NCBI GenBank assembly: GCA_965216785.1
Contig: OZ244197.1
Location: 448,001 to 512,000 of the forward strand
Length of the DNA: 64,000 bases
Origin: Thermodesulfobacteriota bacterium
Lineage (GTDB): Bacteria > Desulfobacterota_D > UBA1144 > Nemesobacterales > UBA2774
Direction of reading: 5' to 3'
The translations under genes and the position numbers were made by a program. This document shows positions 21,295-31,299 of the stretch, in pieces. The stretch's first letter is position 1. Every line of letters starts with the position of its first letter. The notes below the pieces were generated by a model, which made no database searches, had not been told where the DNA came from, and saw nothing but the letters and a program-made list of their open reading frames with translations.

Positions 21295-21427
21295 TTTAAC
21301 ACCTCACTCTTTTTACGTTCTAATACACAAACGTCTGAGATTGTTTTCGGCTTTAAAAGCCGGCCTTTTACCAATATTTCAGGCCGAGAGTAAAATCTTA
21401 TCACTCCCGGCACATATAATTTAAATG

Positions 21428-22327
21428 TTAGTCTTTTTTCTTGACCGCATGTCCGCCGAACTGGTTCCTGAGCGCCGCAATCGTTTTCATAGAGAACGAA
21501 TCCGAATCACGGGATGCAATCCTGGCAATTAGCGATGCCGTAATGATAGGCGCGGGAACGTTCTGGTTTATAGCAGCTTCCACCGTCCAGCGTCCTTCAC
21601 CGCTGTCCCATACATATGGGTCCAGATCCTCAAGCGTCGGGTCTTCCTTAAATACGCGCTCTGCAAGCTCGAGCAGCCAGGAGCGAATAACGCTTCCATA
21701 CTGCCACACTTTGCTCACTGCCCTAAGATCGATGTCAAACTCAGAGCTCTCTAACACCGCGAACCCCTCCGCATAGGACTGCAGCATTCCGTACTCGATT
21801 CCGTTATGTACCATTTTCACGTAATGCCCGGAGCCCACAGGACCGCAGTAGAGGTATCCGTTTTTAGGAGCCAGGGTTTTGAATATCGGCTCAACATACT
21901 TACAGGTCTTTTCGTCACCGCCGTACATCAGGCAGTAACCTTCTTTGAGTCCCCATACGCCGCCGCTAACTCCGCAGTCAATAAACTCGATGCCTTTGGG
22001 CTTGAGACCCTTACCTCTTTTCTGAGAATCCTGCCACTCGGAGTTTCCACCGTCAATTATTACGTCACCTTTTTTGAGAAGCTTTTTAAGGTCTCTGATG
22101 TTCTGGTCCACGGGTTTGCCCGAGGGAACCATTATCCAAACGACCTTGGGCTTAGGCAGTTTTTTCACAAGATCGGCGAGCGATTTAGCAGGTATGGCCC
22201 CTTTCTTTGCGGCCTCGTCAATCGGTCCCTGAGTTAAGTTATAAACAACAACTTCATGACCGTCCCTCATAAGACGCTCTGTCATATTACCGCCCATCTT
22301 ACCAAGTCCTATCATTCCTATTTTCAT
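21428..22327 (-). CDS. gnd: 6-phosphogluconate dehydrogenase, decarboxylating (short YqeC type)
   Basis: GLGKMG, GVSGGVWG, VKMVHNGIEYG and LRNQFGGH. Confidence 0.95.
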   Translation of the reverse strand: MKIGMIGLGKMGGNMTERLMRDGHEVVVYNLTQGPIDEAAKKGAIPAKSLADLVKKLPKPKVVWIMVPSGKPVDQNIRDLKKLLKKGDVIIDGGNSEWQDSQKRGKGLKPKGIEFIDCGVSGGVWGLKEGYCLMYGGDEKTCKYVEPIFKTLAPKNGYLYCGPVGSGHYVKMVHNGIEYGMLQSYAEGFAVLESSEFDIDLRAVSKVWQYGSVIRSWLLELAERVFKEDPTLEDLDPYVWDSGEGRWTVEAAINQNVPAPIITASLIARIASRDSDSFSMKTIAALRNQFGGHAVKKKD

Positions 22328-22399
22328 AGTTGCCTCCTAAAAATTTTTTGTTTTTCAGTCTTTCAATGAAGCCTTTGTTAATCGTATCACCATTGTGCT

Positions 22400-23056
22400 C
22401 TACTGTATACTGTTAAGTATCGCCTTCATATTTTCAGACACGGTGCCCTTGGAATTGTAGACGCTGGAGCCTGCAATCAGGACAGTGGCTCCGGCCTCTA
22501 CTATAAGAGGAGCCGTATCGGTGCCTACTCCCCCGTCCACGCCTATCGGAACGTCAAGCCCTTTATTATCAAGCATAGTCTTGATCGCTCTTATTTTATC
22601 GAGTTGGCTTTCTATGAAACTCTGCCCTCCAAACCCCGGGTTCACGCCCATAACCTGTACAAAATCGGCCAGATCAAGTACGTATTCTATCGTGTTTTCA
22701 GACGTGGCAGGATTGAGCGTAACACCGGACTCAACACCAAGCTCTCTTATGGATTGGAGTACTCTGTGCAGATGAACGCATGCTTCCTGATGTACGATAA
22801 TTCTGTCAGCGCCCGCTTTAGCAAATGTTTCTATATACTTTTCTGGCTCCACTATCATCAGGTGCACATCGAGCTTCATTTTGGTAAGTGGTCTAAGAGC
22901 GGAAACCACCCCAGGGCCGAAATTAATATTTGGCACAAATCGTCCGTCCATAACGTCTATCTGTACTACACTCGCGCCCGCTTCCTCGGCATCCTTAACA
23001 CCCTGGCCGAGTCTTGCGAAATCCGCGGATAAAATTGAAGGCTCTACTATTACCAT
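22400..23056 (-). CDS. rpe: Ribulose-phosphate 3-epimerase
   Basis: PSILSADF, DVMDGRFVPN, DVHLM, VNPGFGGQ and VDGG. Confidence 0.96.
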   Translation of the reverse strand: MVIVEPSILSADFARLGQGVKDAEEAGASVVQIDVMDGRFVPNINFGPGVVSALRPLTKMKLDVHLMIVEPEKYIETFAKAGADRIIVHQEACVHLHRVLQSIRELGVESGVTLNPATSENTIEYVLDLADFVQVMGVNPGFGGQSFIESQLDKIRAIKTMLDNKGLDVPIGVDGGVGTDTAPLIVEAGATVLIAGSSVYNSKGTVSENMKAILNSIQ

Positions 23057-23092
23057 ATTGTCTTTAATCCCCTTCTATATGTCATTTGGTTT

Positions 23093-23812
23093 CTACGAAT
23101 CGTTTCTTTTCTGATACCTTATTCCGCTTTTAGCGGCTACAATTACCTCGCTTGCCGTACCTATGAATATTCCATACTCAACTATGCCCGCCTTCTGGCC
23201 GAGCTTTATTGTCAGTCCTTCCAGGTCGTCGATCGGACCGAAATTTGAGTCTAATATATAATTGTCTTGATCAGTTCTGTAGGGTTTACCGTCTTTTTCC
23301 CTCAGGACCGGTTTTGCCCCCAGGGACTCCAGGTATTTTGCAACCGGCATCCAAGCAAAAGGGATTACCTCAATCGGCACCGGCCAGTGAGTGCCTAGCT
23401 TTGGAGATATCTTGCTCTCGTCAACTATCATAATATTGCGCCTGCTTGACTGCGCGAGCACTTTTTCTCTTAGAAGCGCTCCGCCTCCGCCTTTAATAAG
23501 GTTTAGCTGAGGGTCCACTTCGTCCGCCCCGTCTATAGTTAGGTCAAGCTCCTGCTTCTCGTCAAACGTAATAATGGGTATGCCTAGCTCCTTAGCTCTT
23601 TTGTCCGTATCCATCGAGCTCGGTATGCCTACTATGTCTTTTAATCTCCCGTCTTTATATCGCTTCCCTATCTCTTCGAGCGCGAAGCGGACCGTAGTGC
23701 CCGTTCCGAGTCCGAGTACCATGCCAGATTCGATGAAATCCACAGCGCTTATACCGGCCTCTTTTTTTAGTCTATTCTGAAGACTTACTCCGTTACCCTC
23801 TGTTGCACTCAA
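23093..23812 (-). CDS. rpiA: Ribose-5-phosphate isomerase A
   Basis: GLGTGTT, DGADEVD and IKGGGGALLREK. Confidence 0.96.
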   Translation of the reverse strand: MSATEGNGVSLQNRLKKEAGISAVDFIESGMVLGLGTGTTVRFALEEIGKRYKDGRLKDIVGIPSSMDTDKRAKELGIPIITFDEKQELDLTIDGADEVDPQLNLIKGGGGALLREKVLAQSSRRNIMIVDESKISPKLGTHWPVPIEVIPFAWMPVAKYLESLGAKPVLREKDGKPYRTDQDNYILDSNFGPIDDLEGLTIKLGQKAGIVEYGIFIGTASEVIVAAKSGIRYQKRNDS

Positions 23813-24564
23813 TTTGCGGTCTCCTTTAGGTTGTCTAATGATTCTATATAATTCTTAGTAGTTTCCAGAAGATCGGGCGGGTTTTTCACAACGAGGAGCA
23901 AATCGTCTGGCGGAAGCTTGAGTACGGATTCGATGGTAAATTCTGAGGGCACCGCAACACAGTGAATATGAGCCGCGAGCGCTGCTTTAATCCCCGAAGC
24001 GGAATCCTCCACTGCTAGTGACTCTTCGTGAGGCACCTTAAGCTCATCTGAAATCAGATTATATATCTCGGGGTCTGGCTTTCCGCGCTCTACGTCTTGT
24101 ATTGTGGCGATAAAATCAAACTCCTCTCTTATTCCGAGAACCTCAAGCACCCTGAAAGCCTCTCTTCTATGAGACATCGTACCGAGACCAACAGTGTAGC
24201 CCTTACTTTTTGCCCATCTAAGAAGCGCCAAATTATAGGGACAGAGATGCTCTTTTAAAACTACCGGGTCTGAGATCATAGAGTAGTAGTTATCCATCCT
24301 AATATCTACAAACGCCTGCCAGGGCTGAGTGACTCCCAGCTCTTTCATTCTTTTCGAGGCGGCGTCTTTCAGATCAAACTTACCTAGAAGCCCCTCTGCG
24401 ACCTCCTTTCTTGATAGACCGACAAAGTCTTTAAACCCCTCTACCACCTGCGCTTCCGTCAGCTCCGGCTTCAACTCCACCGCGGCCTTAGCGTAAGACT
24501 TGGCTTTAAGCACCTCAGTCTGAACAAGCGTCCCGTCTAGATCGAATATGAATGCCTTTATCAA
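23809..24564 (-). CDS. HAD-superfamily phosphatase (beta-PGM/CbbY-like)
   Basis: FDLDGTL, GKPDPEIY and VEDSASG; overlaps the rpiA start by 4 bp. Confidence 0.88.
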   Translation of the reverse strand: MIKAFIFDLDGTLVQTEVLKAKSYAKAAVELKPELTEAQVVEGFKDFVGLSRKEVAEGLLGKFDLKDAASKRMKELGVTQPWQAFVDIRMDNYYSMISDPVVLKEHLCPYNLALLRWAKSKGYTVGLGTMSHRREAFRVLEVLGIREEFDFIATIQDVERGKPDPEIYNLISDELKVPHEESLAVEDSASGIKAALAAHIHCVAVPSEFTIESVLKLPPDDLLLVVKNPPDLLETTKNYIESLDNLKETAN

Positions 24565-24586
24565 TTTTCTCGTTTAAAGTTCTTCG

Positions 24587-27412
24587 TTACAAACTGTTTG
24601 TGAGTTTATCAATATCCGCTACGACATCTTCTCCAAGATGAAATGTTATTACATTTCGCTTATTATCGAGAAGCGCCTGCCGGTCACCTAACGCCTGGGC
24701 GTTTTTCAGCACGCCGAAGCTGATAGATGAAGCCTTCTTACCTGGCTCGTCAGGTATGGGCGCATCCTCGGGCATCTCGGAAGTAAACTGGATAAACAGC
24801 CCGTGTCCTGCGTCTCCCTTATGGAGCTGCCCTGTAGAGTGAAGGAATCTGGGACCGAAACCAGAAGTGGTCGCAAGCTTATATTTCATCTGCACTTTCT
24901 TACGGAAGCGCTGCATAGCTTCATAAGTTTCGTCCTCCGGTTTTACGTAGGCCTGAAGAGTGACATAGCTCCTTCCCTTTGACCCGTTCTTCCCTGGACT
25001 TGCAAGGGACATAAACTTCTTAAGCGCCCCCTTAAGGTTCTTCGCTTCAAAATCAGAATATACAGTTATGCCTTCGTCAGTCAGGGTGGGCTTAATCTCG
25101 GGGAGTTTGCCCTTTTTCTGGTACGCCGCGATCATATTGCGTGCCAGCACCTTTGCGGCTTCCACATTTGGCTGGTTAAACGGATGGATTCCAATGATCA
25201 TCCCAGCAATCGCGATTGCCATCTCCCAGCGGAAGAACTCACCGCCCAGATCGTATATGTCTTTTAGATTTATACGGACAACCGGGTGCCTAGCGGCCTC
25301 TAATTTTCTAACATGCTCGTCGTAAGTGTTGTCGTGAGCGAGCCGGAGGTATACAAAAAGTCTGTCTTTAGCATAGTATTTGGGCTCCGTTATAGGTTCT
25401 CTGTCTACCGGCAGTATGCCTTTACCGCTCTTACCCGTGCTCTCGGCTATAAGCTGCTCTGCCCATGCGCCGAAGCTCTCGATCGGAGGGGACGCGATCA
25501 GTGTCACTTTGTCGTGACCTGCTTTTGTAAGCTCGCCCATTATCGCTCCGAGCCACGCTCCCGAATGGTCGCCCTCGACCGGACAATTACAGCTCTCGTT
25601 GTTATGGAGCATAGTTATAGCCCGCGCAAGAAGGGTGTCCAAATCGACTCCCTGAAACGCCGCTGGCGGTATTCCCACCATAGATAGCGCCGAATAGCGG
25701 CCTCCAATGTTGGGATCGTTAAGGAACGTTTTTCTAAATTTCAGATCTTTGGCTATTTTCTCAAGTCCGCTTCCGGGGTCTGTGATGGCTACGAAATGTC
25801 GCCCAACCTCCCTTTTCCCGACTTTTTTAAGAGTCACGTTGTAGAAATATTTCATATAGGACAGAGTCTCCGCCGTGCCGCCTGATTTAGTGGACACCAT
25901 AAAGAGAGTCTTCTCCGGATCGAGACGCCTCTCAAAATCGAGTATTGTGCCAGGATCTGTGCTGTCCAGTACCGCTACGTCCAGATAACCGTCTCTCACG
26001 CCGTAGGTCTGCCGTATTACCGAAACCGCAAGGCTCGAGCCTCCCATCCCCATAAGGAGTGCGTTCGTATAGCCTTCAGCCCTTACCTCATCGACAACGG
26101 CGTTAATCCCGCTCAGCGCGTCAGCCATGACTTCTGGTATGTGAAGCCAACCCAAACGGTTACTGATTTCAGTCGAGTCTTTTTCCCAGACCAGATAATC
26201 AAAGTCCCAAATCTTCTCTATAATCTTTTTCTTGCGGATATTCTCAAGCGCTTTATCCACGGCCCCCTGAAACTTTCCGAGGCTCGCGGAATAGGGCTTT
26301 TTTTCCTGTAATATACTCTCCTTCTTCTCCTCGATACTGGCCATAAGCGTTTCAAAAGATTCCGCGAATTTTTTAACTCCGTCCTGGAGGAGATGATCTG
26401 TTACTGCCTTCAGGCTGATACCGGCTTTCTCTAGCGCGGCCAGGTCTTCGTGGGCTTTCTTTAACCCTTTTGTAAGAGTAATAGAGGGCTTGCCGTGGTC
26501 CTTAAAATTCTTGTAGGTGTTCGGAGGAACCGTATTTACAGTGTTCGGACCAATCAACTCATCGACATAAAGGGTGTCTGAGTATTCAGGGTTCTTGGTG
26601 CTGGTACTTGCCCAAAGCACTCTTTGTGGTTTTGCTCCCGCGTCTGCGAGTTTTTTCCACCGAGGGCCTTTAAAGGTCTTTTTGTACTCTTCATATGTAA
26701 TCTTTGAGTTAGCAATTGCGATCTTGCCCTGTAGCTTTTTGTTCCCTATCTTCTCAAGCTCGGTGTCCACTGCGGTGTCCACTCTGCTTACGAAGAACGA
26801 GGCTACCGAGGCTACTCTGTCGACCGTATGTCCTTTGAATACGGACGGGCCTTCTCTATGAAGCCTCTCTAGTCCCTTAATATAAGCTTCGGCCACCGCT
26901 TTGTACTGATCAAGGCTGAACATCAGAGTGACATTGATGTTGATACCGGAGCCGATAAGCTCTGTAATCGCGGGTATCCCGGCAGGGGTCGCCGGTACTT
27001 TGATCATAACGTTCGGACGCCCGAGCGCAACGAAATATCTCTTTGCTTCCCGTATGGTTTTTTTTGTATCATTCGCCAATGTCGGGCTTACCTCAAGACT
27101 TATAAATCCATCCGCCCCATCCGTCTTGTCGTAAAGCGGTCTGAACTCATCCGCGGCAAGCGCGATATCCTTTAACGCCAATGCCTCGTAGATATCGTCA
27201 ACAGATTTGTTCTGCTCAACCAGGGCTTTTAAGTCCTCATCATAGTCAGAGCTCCCAGCAATGGCTTTTTCCAAGATAGAAGGATTTGAGGTTTCGCCTC
27301 TGAGACCCTCTTTTATAAGCGCCCTTAACTCCCCTGAAGTAAGAAATGAACGCCTGATGTAGTCATACCAAATTGATTGTCCAAGCTTGGTTAGATCTTT
27401 TATCCGTGACAT
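24587..27412 (-). CDS. Bifunctional transaldolase / glucose-6-phosphate isomerase fusion
   Basis: N-half GQSIWYD, TSNPSI, MIKVPAT and WASTSTKNP; C-half GMGGSSL, STKSGGT, GGRYSAL, EQLIAESTGK and PFNQPNVE. Confidence 0.93.
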   Translation of the reverse strand: MSRIKDLTKLGQSIWYDYIRRSFLTSGELRALIKEGLRGETSNPSILEKAIAGSSDYDEDLKALVEQNKSVDDIYEALALKDIALAADEFRPLYDKTDGADGFISLEVSPTLANDTKKTIREAKRYFVALGRPNVMIKVPATPAGIPAITELIGSGININVTLMFSLDQYKAVAEAYIKGLERLHREGPSVFKGHTVDRVASVASFFVSRVDTAVDTELEKIGNKKLQGKIAIANSKITYEEYKKTFKGPRWKKLADAGAKPQRVLWASTSTKNPEYSDTLYVDELIGPNTVNTVPPNTYKNFKDHGKPSITLTKGLKKAHEDLAALEKAGISLKAVTDHLLQDGVKKFAESFETLMASIEEKKESILQEKKPYSASLGKFQGAVDKALENIRKKKIIEKIWDFDYLVWEKDSTEISNRLGWLHIPEVMADALSGINAVVDEVRAEGYTNALLMGMGGSSLAVSVIRQTYGVRDGYLDVAVLDSTDPGTILDFERRLDPEKTLFMVSTKSGGTAETLSYMKYFYNVTLKKVGKREVGRHFVAITDPGSGLEKIAKDLKFRKTFLNDPNIGGRYSALSMVGIPPAAFQGVDLDTLLARAITMLHNNESCNCPVEGDHSGAWLGAIMGELTKAGHDKVTLIASPPIESFGAWAEQLIAESTGKSGKGILPVDREPITEPKYYAKDRLFVYLRLAHDNTYDEHVRKLEAARHPVVRINLKDIYDLGGEFFRWEMAIAIAGMIIGIHPFNQPNVEAAKVLARNMIAAYQKKGKLPEIKPTLTDEGITVYSDFEAKNLKGALKKFMSLASPGKNGSKGRSYVTLQAYVKPEDETYEAMQRFRKKVQMKYKLATTSGFGPRFLHSTGQLHKGDAGHGLFIQFTSEMPEDAPIPDEPGKKASSISFGVLKNAQALGDRQALLDNKRNVITFHLGEDVVADIDKLTNSL

Positions 27413-27472
27413 TATTTTCTCCTTATTCTATCGATTTAGACTTATATACCCTTTACTCCTTCTCTAATATTG

Positions 27473-29530
27473 TTATTTCTTTTTGCTTGGTATTTTCTTG
27501 CCGTTACGTCTTAGCACTTCCTTAGCCTTGGCTGTAATATGCTCTACAGTAAATCCGAACTCGGGCCACAGATCCGCTACCGGCGCCGATTCTCCGAAAG
27601 TGCTCACACCTATTACTCCACCGTTATCATGTAGCCCCACATACCTTCGCCACCCGAACGTGGAGCCCGCTTCAACACTCACCCTGGCTTTTACTGAGGA
27701 AGGCAATACTTTTTCCCAGTACTCTTTGCCCTGAAGCTCGTATAACGACCAGCACGGCATGCTGACCACTCTTGCCTTAATCCCCTGTTTCTTTAATTTC
27801 TCATAAGCCCCAAGACAAAGATGTACTTCCGAGCCCGTACCGATGAGGATTACATCGGGCTTACCCTTGGAATCGGCCAATACGTACGCCCCCTTTAAAG
27901 CACCTTCGGCAGGAGCATACTTTTTCCTGTCGATTGTTGGGATGTTTTGTCTGGTCAAAATAAGGGATACGGGTCTGTCTTTTACTTCCATCACGTATTT
28001 CCAGAGGGCGCTCAGCTCATTTGCGTCAGCAGGCCTTATGACATCCATGTTGGGGATGGCTCTAAGCGCCGCTAGCTGCTCGATCGGCTGGTGCGTTGGT
28101 CCGTCTTCTCCAAGACCGATACTATCGTGAGTAAAGATGTATATAACGGGAATACGCATCAGGCATGATAGTCTGAGGGGCGGCTTCATGTAGTCTGAGA
28201 ATACAAAATAACACGAGGCATAAGCTCTTAGCTTACTAAGCACCATCCCGTTAGTTACAGCTGCCATGGCGTTTTCTCTTATGCCGAAATGAAAATTTCT
28301 ACCACTGTATACATTTTTCTCAAAGCTGCTCGCGTCATCCAAATACGTCTTTGTAGACGGGCCGACGTCGCCCGCTCCTCCGAGGAGCCATTGTATGTCT
28401 TTTCCTATAGCGTTTAATATCTTTCCGTTTGAGGTTCGGGAAGCAGGTCCGTTGGGGTCAGCAGGGAACTCCGGCAGGCAGCTCTCCCAGCCCTCCGGCA
28501 TCTCCCTGTTCTCGATCATTTCGAACTGCTTTGCCAAATCCGGGTACTCAAACGCGTACTTTTTAAATTTTTCGTTCCAATCCTGCTCTGCGTTCTTACC
28601 CCGTTTTAATATCTGTTTTCTATATTCCTTAACTTCGTCCGGCACGTAGAACTTTTTATTCGGGTCCCATCCGTAATTTATCTTGGTCTTCCTGATCTCT
28701 TCCTCTCCGAGCGGCTCACCGTGAGCGGCGGATGTATCCTGCTTGTTCGGGCTGCCGTATCCTATGTGGCTGTCAACAATAATGAGTGAAGGCTGCTCTT
28801 CCTCATGGTTTGCTCTAGTTAAAGCTTCTTCCAGCAGCTCAAGATCGTTTGCGTCCCCTACGCGCTGTACGTGCCAGTTGTATCCCATAAACCTTGCCGC
28901 GACGTCCTCGCTGAATGCAAGCGCTGTATGGCCCTCGATGGTTATATGGTTGTTATCATATATCCACACCAGATTGCTCAGCCCCAGGTGGCCTGCCAGA
29001 GAGGCAGCTTCGCTCGAGATTCCCTCCATCATACAGCCGTCACCGCCTATTGCGTAGACGTTGTAATTAATAATCTCGTGGCCGGGGCGGTTGAAATATG
29101 TGGCAAGCCACTTTTCGGCGATTGCCATACCTACAGAAGTGGCATAGCCCTGACCTAAAGGTCCGGTGGTGGTCTCGATTCCGGGCGCGATACCGTACTC
29201 CGGGTGCCCGGCGCATTTACTGTGTAGTTGTCTGAAAGTTTTAATATCCTTAAGCGACAAATCATATCCCGTAATATGCAGGAGACTGTATAGAAGCATC
29301 GAAGCATGACCCGCGGAAAGGACAAAACGGTCGCGGTTTGGCCAGTCGGGGTTTTTGGGATTAAACATCATAAATTTATCAAAAATTGTATAACCTACGG
29401 GAGCCATGGACATAGGGGTTCCGGGATGCCCGGAGTTAGCCTTTTGGACGGCGTCCATCGAGAGTGTCCTGACCGTATTGATTATGAGCTGCTCAAGCTT
29501 TGCGCTTTTAGTTTTCGGTTTTGCTTCCAT
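27473..29530 (-). CDS. tkt: Transketolase
   Basis: SGHPG, GPLGQG, GDGCMMEG and THDSIGLGEDGPTHQP. Confidence 0.97.
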   Translation of the reverse strand: MEAKPKTKSAKLEQLIINTVRTLSMDAVQKANSGHPGTPMSMAPVGYTIFDKFMMFNPKNPDWPNRDRFVLSAGHASMLLYSLLHITGYDLSLKDIKTFRQLHSKCAGHPEYGIAPGIETTTGPLGQGYATSVGMAIAEKWLATYFNRPGHEIINYNVYAIGGDGCMMEGISSEAASLAGHLGLSNLVWIYDNNHITIEGHTALAFSEDVAARFMGYNWHVQRVGDANDLELLEEALTRANHEEEQPSLIIVDSHIGYGSPNKQDTSAAHGEPLGEEEIRKTKINYGWDPNKKFYVPDEVKEYRKQILKRGKNAEQDWNEKFKKYAFEYPDLAKQFEMIENREMPEGWESCLPEFPADPNGPASRTSNGKILNAIGKDIQWLLGGAGDVGPSTKTYLDDASSFEKNVYSGRNFHFGIRENAMAAVTNGMVLSKLRAYASCYFVFSDYMKPPLRLSCLMRIPVIYIFTHDSIGLGEDGPTHQPIEQLAALRAIPNMDVIRPADANELSALWKYVMEVKDRPVSLILTRQNIPTIDRKKYAPAEGALKGAYVLADSKGKPDVILIGTGSEVHLCLGAYEKLKKQGIKARVVSMPCWSLYELQGKEYWEKVLPSSVKARVSVEAGSTFGWRRYVGLHDNGGVIGVSTFGESAPVADLWPEFGFTVEHITAKAKEVLRRNGKKIPSKKK

Positions 29531-29876
29531 TACCGTCCTCCTGACAATAGTTATGTGTTGTAACTCCCATTATAGTTTTGTTTTTTAATATTAATTTGGT
29601 ATTAAGAGCCCGAAAAATATTATTTTATCTTTCCCGCTTTACACCTCAACCATAGAAATCGATACGCTTTCAGAACAAGACTGGGATAATTATAGTATAT
29701 TCAATATGTCAATAAAATTTATAAAAATACGTCTCCGCTTCATACCCCTATTTCGCCTATGTACATGCACCTTAGGCCTATAAGAGATTAATCTTAAAAA
29801 GAGTTAAAATGTTCCCTCACAACCAATTAGTGCCATTATCACATACTGGCTATATTTTTTCAACAAAATACGCGAT

Positions 29877-30677
29877 TTAAAGCTCGACTGAAAGCGCGGC
29901 GCCTACAATCCCCGCATTGTTCTGCATTTGTGCCGGAACTACCGTTGCTTTAACGTCAATATAATCAAAGAATTTCTCAGATCTCTTACTCACTCCTCCC
30001 CCTATTATAAAGAGGTCGGGAGAAAGATATCTCTCAAGTGCATTCAGGTATTTATTCACCCTCTTGCCCCATTTCTTCCAGGATAGATCTTCTCTTTCCC
30101 TGCGGCTTGCGGCTGCTTTCTTCTCATAGTCGCCGCCGTTTAGTTCAATATGCCCGAGCTCAGTGTTGTGCACCAGGTGCCCGTCCACAAAGAGTGCTGT
30201 GCCAATGCCGGTGCCCAGAGTAACCATCATCACAACTCCGCCGTCGTGGTTATTATGCTCTTTGCCCGCACCGAACTTCATTTCGGCAAGCCCCGCGCTG
30301 TCAGCATCGTTAATGACCCTCACCTGGCAGGACGACATGGCCTCGAGCTCTTGTTGAATATTCACTCCGATCCACTTCTTTGAAAGATTTGCCGCTGTGT
30401 ACACCTCTCCCTTTTTCATAACGCCGGGGAACCCGCAGCCTACCTCTCCTTTCCACTGCCAGTGCTCGATCATGGACTGGATTGCCGCGAGCATCTTCTT
30501 GGGCGTGGCCGGCTGGGGCGTATCCACACGGAAGCGCTCCTCGGTAAGCTCACCCTTGTCTATATCGACGGGCGCTGATTTAATTCCCGTCCCGCCAATA
30601 TCGATACCAAGAACAATCCTCGGTTTTTTAGTCCGTCTCCTGGTAGTTGTACGTGCTCTGGTCATTTCGTGATCCAT
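29877..30677 (-). CDS. ppgK: Polyphosphate glucokinase (ROK family)
   Basis: GIDIGGTGIK, NDADSAG, TLGTGIG, NTELGH and NNAGIVGAA. Start is 30677 or 30665. Confidence 0.9.
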   Translation of the reverse strand: MDHEMTRARTTTRRRTKKPRIVLGIDIGGTGIKSAPVDIDKGELTEERFRVDTPQPATPKKMLAAIQSMIEHWQWKGEVGCGFPGVMKKGEVYTAANLSKKWIGVNIQQELEAMSSCQVRVINDADSAGLAEMKFGAGKEHNNHDGGVVMMVTLGTGIGTALFVDGHLVHNTELGHIELNGGDYEKKAAASRREREDLSWKKWGKRVNKYLNALERYLSPDLFIIGGGVSKRSEKFFDYIDVKATVVPAQMQNNAGIVGAALSVEL

Positions 30678-30916
30678 CCCTAATCTTTAGGATTAAAATC
30701 TATTTTTATAATAGTACACCAAGTAGTACGAATAATTCAAAGTCTTGGAGAAGATTACAGTTTTAGATAATTTATCTGTGAAAAAGTTACAGGAAACAAA
30801 TATACTGTGGATATTTCTACCCTTGAATATGTATCGTGTATAAAATTGATAGGCTTTGCCTGGTACAAGCCGAGAGGTTAATTAAACAATAGTATTGATA
30901 AGGAGGGATGATTTCA

Positions 30917-31244
30917 ATGGCATGGATATATCTCATCATTGCGGGGATCATGGAATGGGGATGGCCCATGGGGCTTAAGTTCGCGATTAATTAATGGTAA
31001 AGGGTTTCAGTACGGGCCAGCGGTTTTTGCCGTTATAAGCATACTGGCGAGCGGGTTCTTTCTTTTTCTGGCACAAAGAGAGATTCCCGTGGGCACCGCC
31101 TACGCTGTATGGACAGGGATAGGGGCTGTTGGCACATTTATCCTGGGTATACTGATCCTTGGGGAGCCCGCTTTTTTCCTAAGGTTTTTGTTCCTCGGGT
31201 TTATAATAACCGGGATTGTAGGCTTAAAACTCGTATCCCAATAA
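30917..31244 (+). pseudogene. SMR family (SugE/Gdx-like) exporter interrupted by a 4-bp duplication frameshift
   Basis: ATG 30917 after AGGAGG gives MAWIYLIIAGIMEWGWPMGLKFAIN then TAA at 30992. The remainder (GKGFQYG...IPVGTAYAVWTGIG...GIVGLKL) continues in another frame. Confidence 0.85.
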
Positions 31245-31256
31245 CTAGAAGATATG

Positions 31257-31284
31257 AAAAGGGGCCGGTATTTAGAGCCGGCCC
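31257..31284 (-). terminator. Terminator between the convergent SMR and cytochrome genes
   Basis: GGGCCGG-N9-CCGGCCC hairpin with a T-run on the minus strand. Confidence 0.65.
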
Positions 31285-31299
31285 TGCCAAATATTATTG

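Noticed and set aside
30841-30916. Canonical guanidine-I, II or III riboswitch before the SMR gene
   Set aside because: No twin ACGR hairpins or other class consensus visible; only a single different hairpin, reported as a finding.
30939-31244. 101-aa ORF as an intact gene
   Set aside because: Its N-terminus is out-of-frame sequence; the real SMR N-terminus starts at 30917 in another frame.
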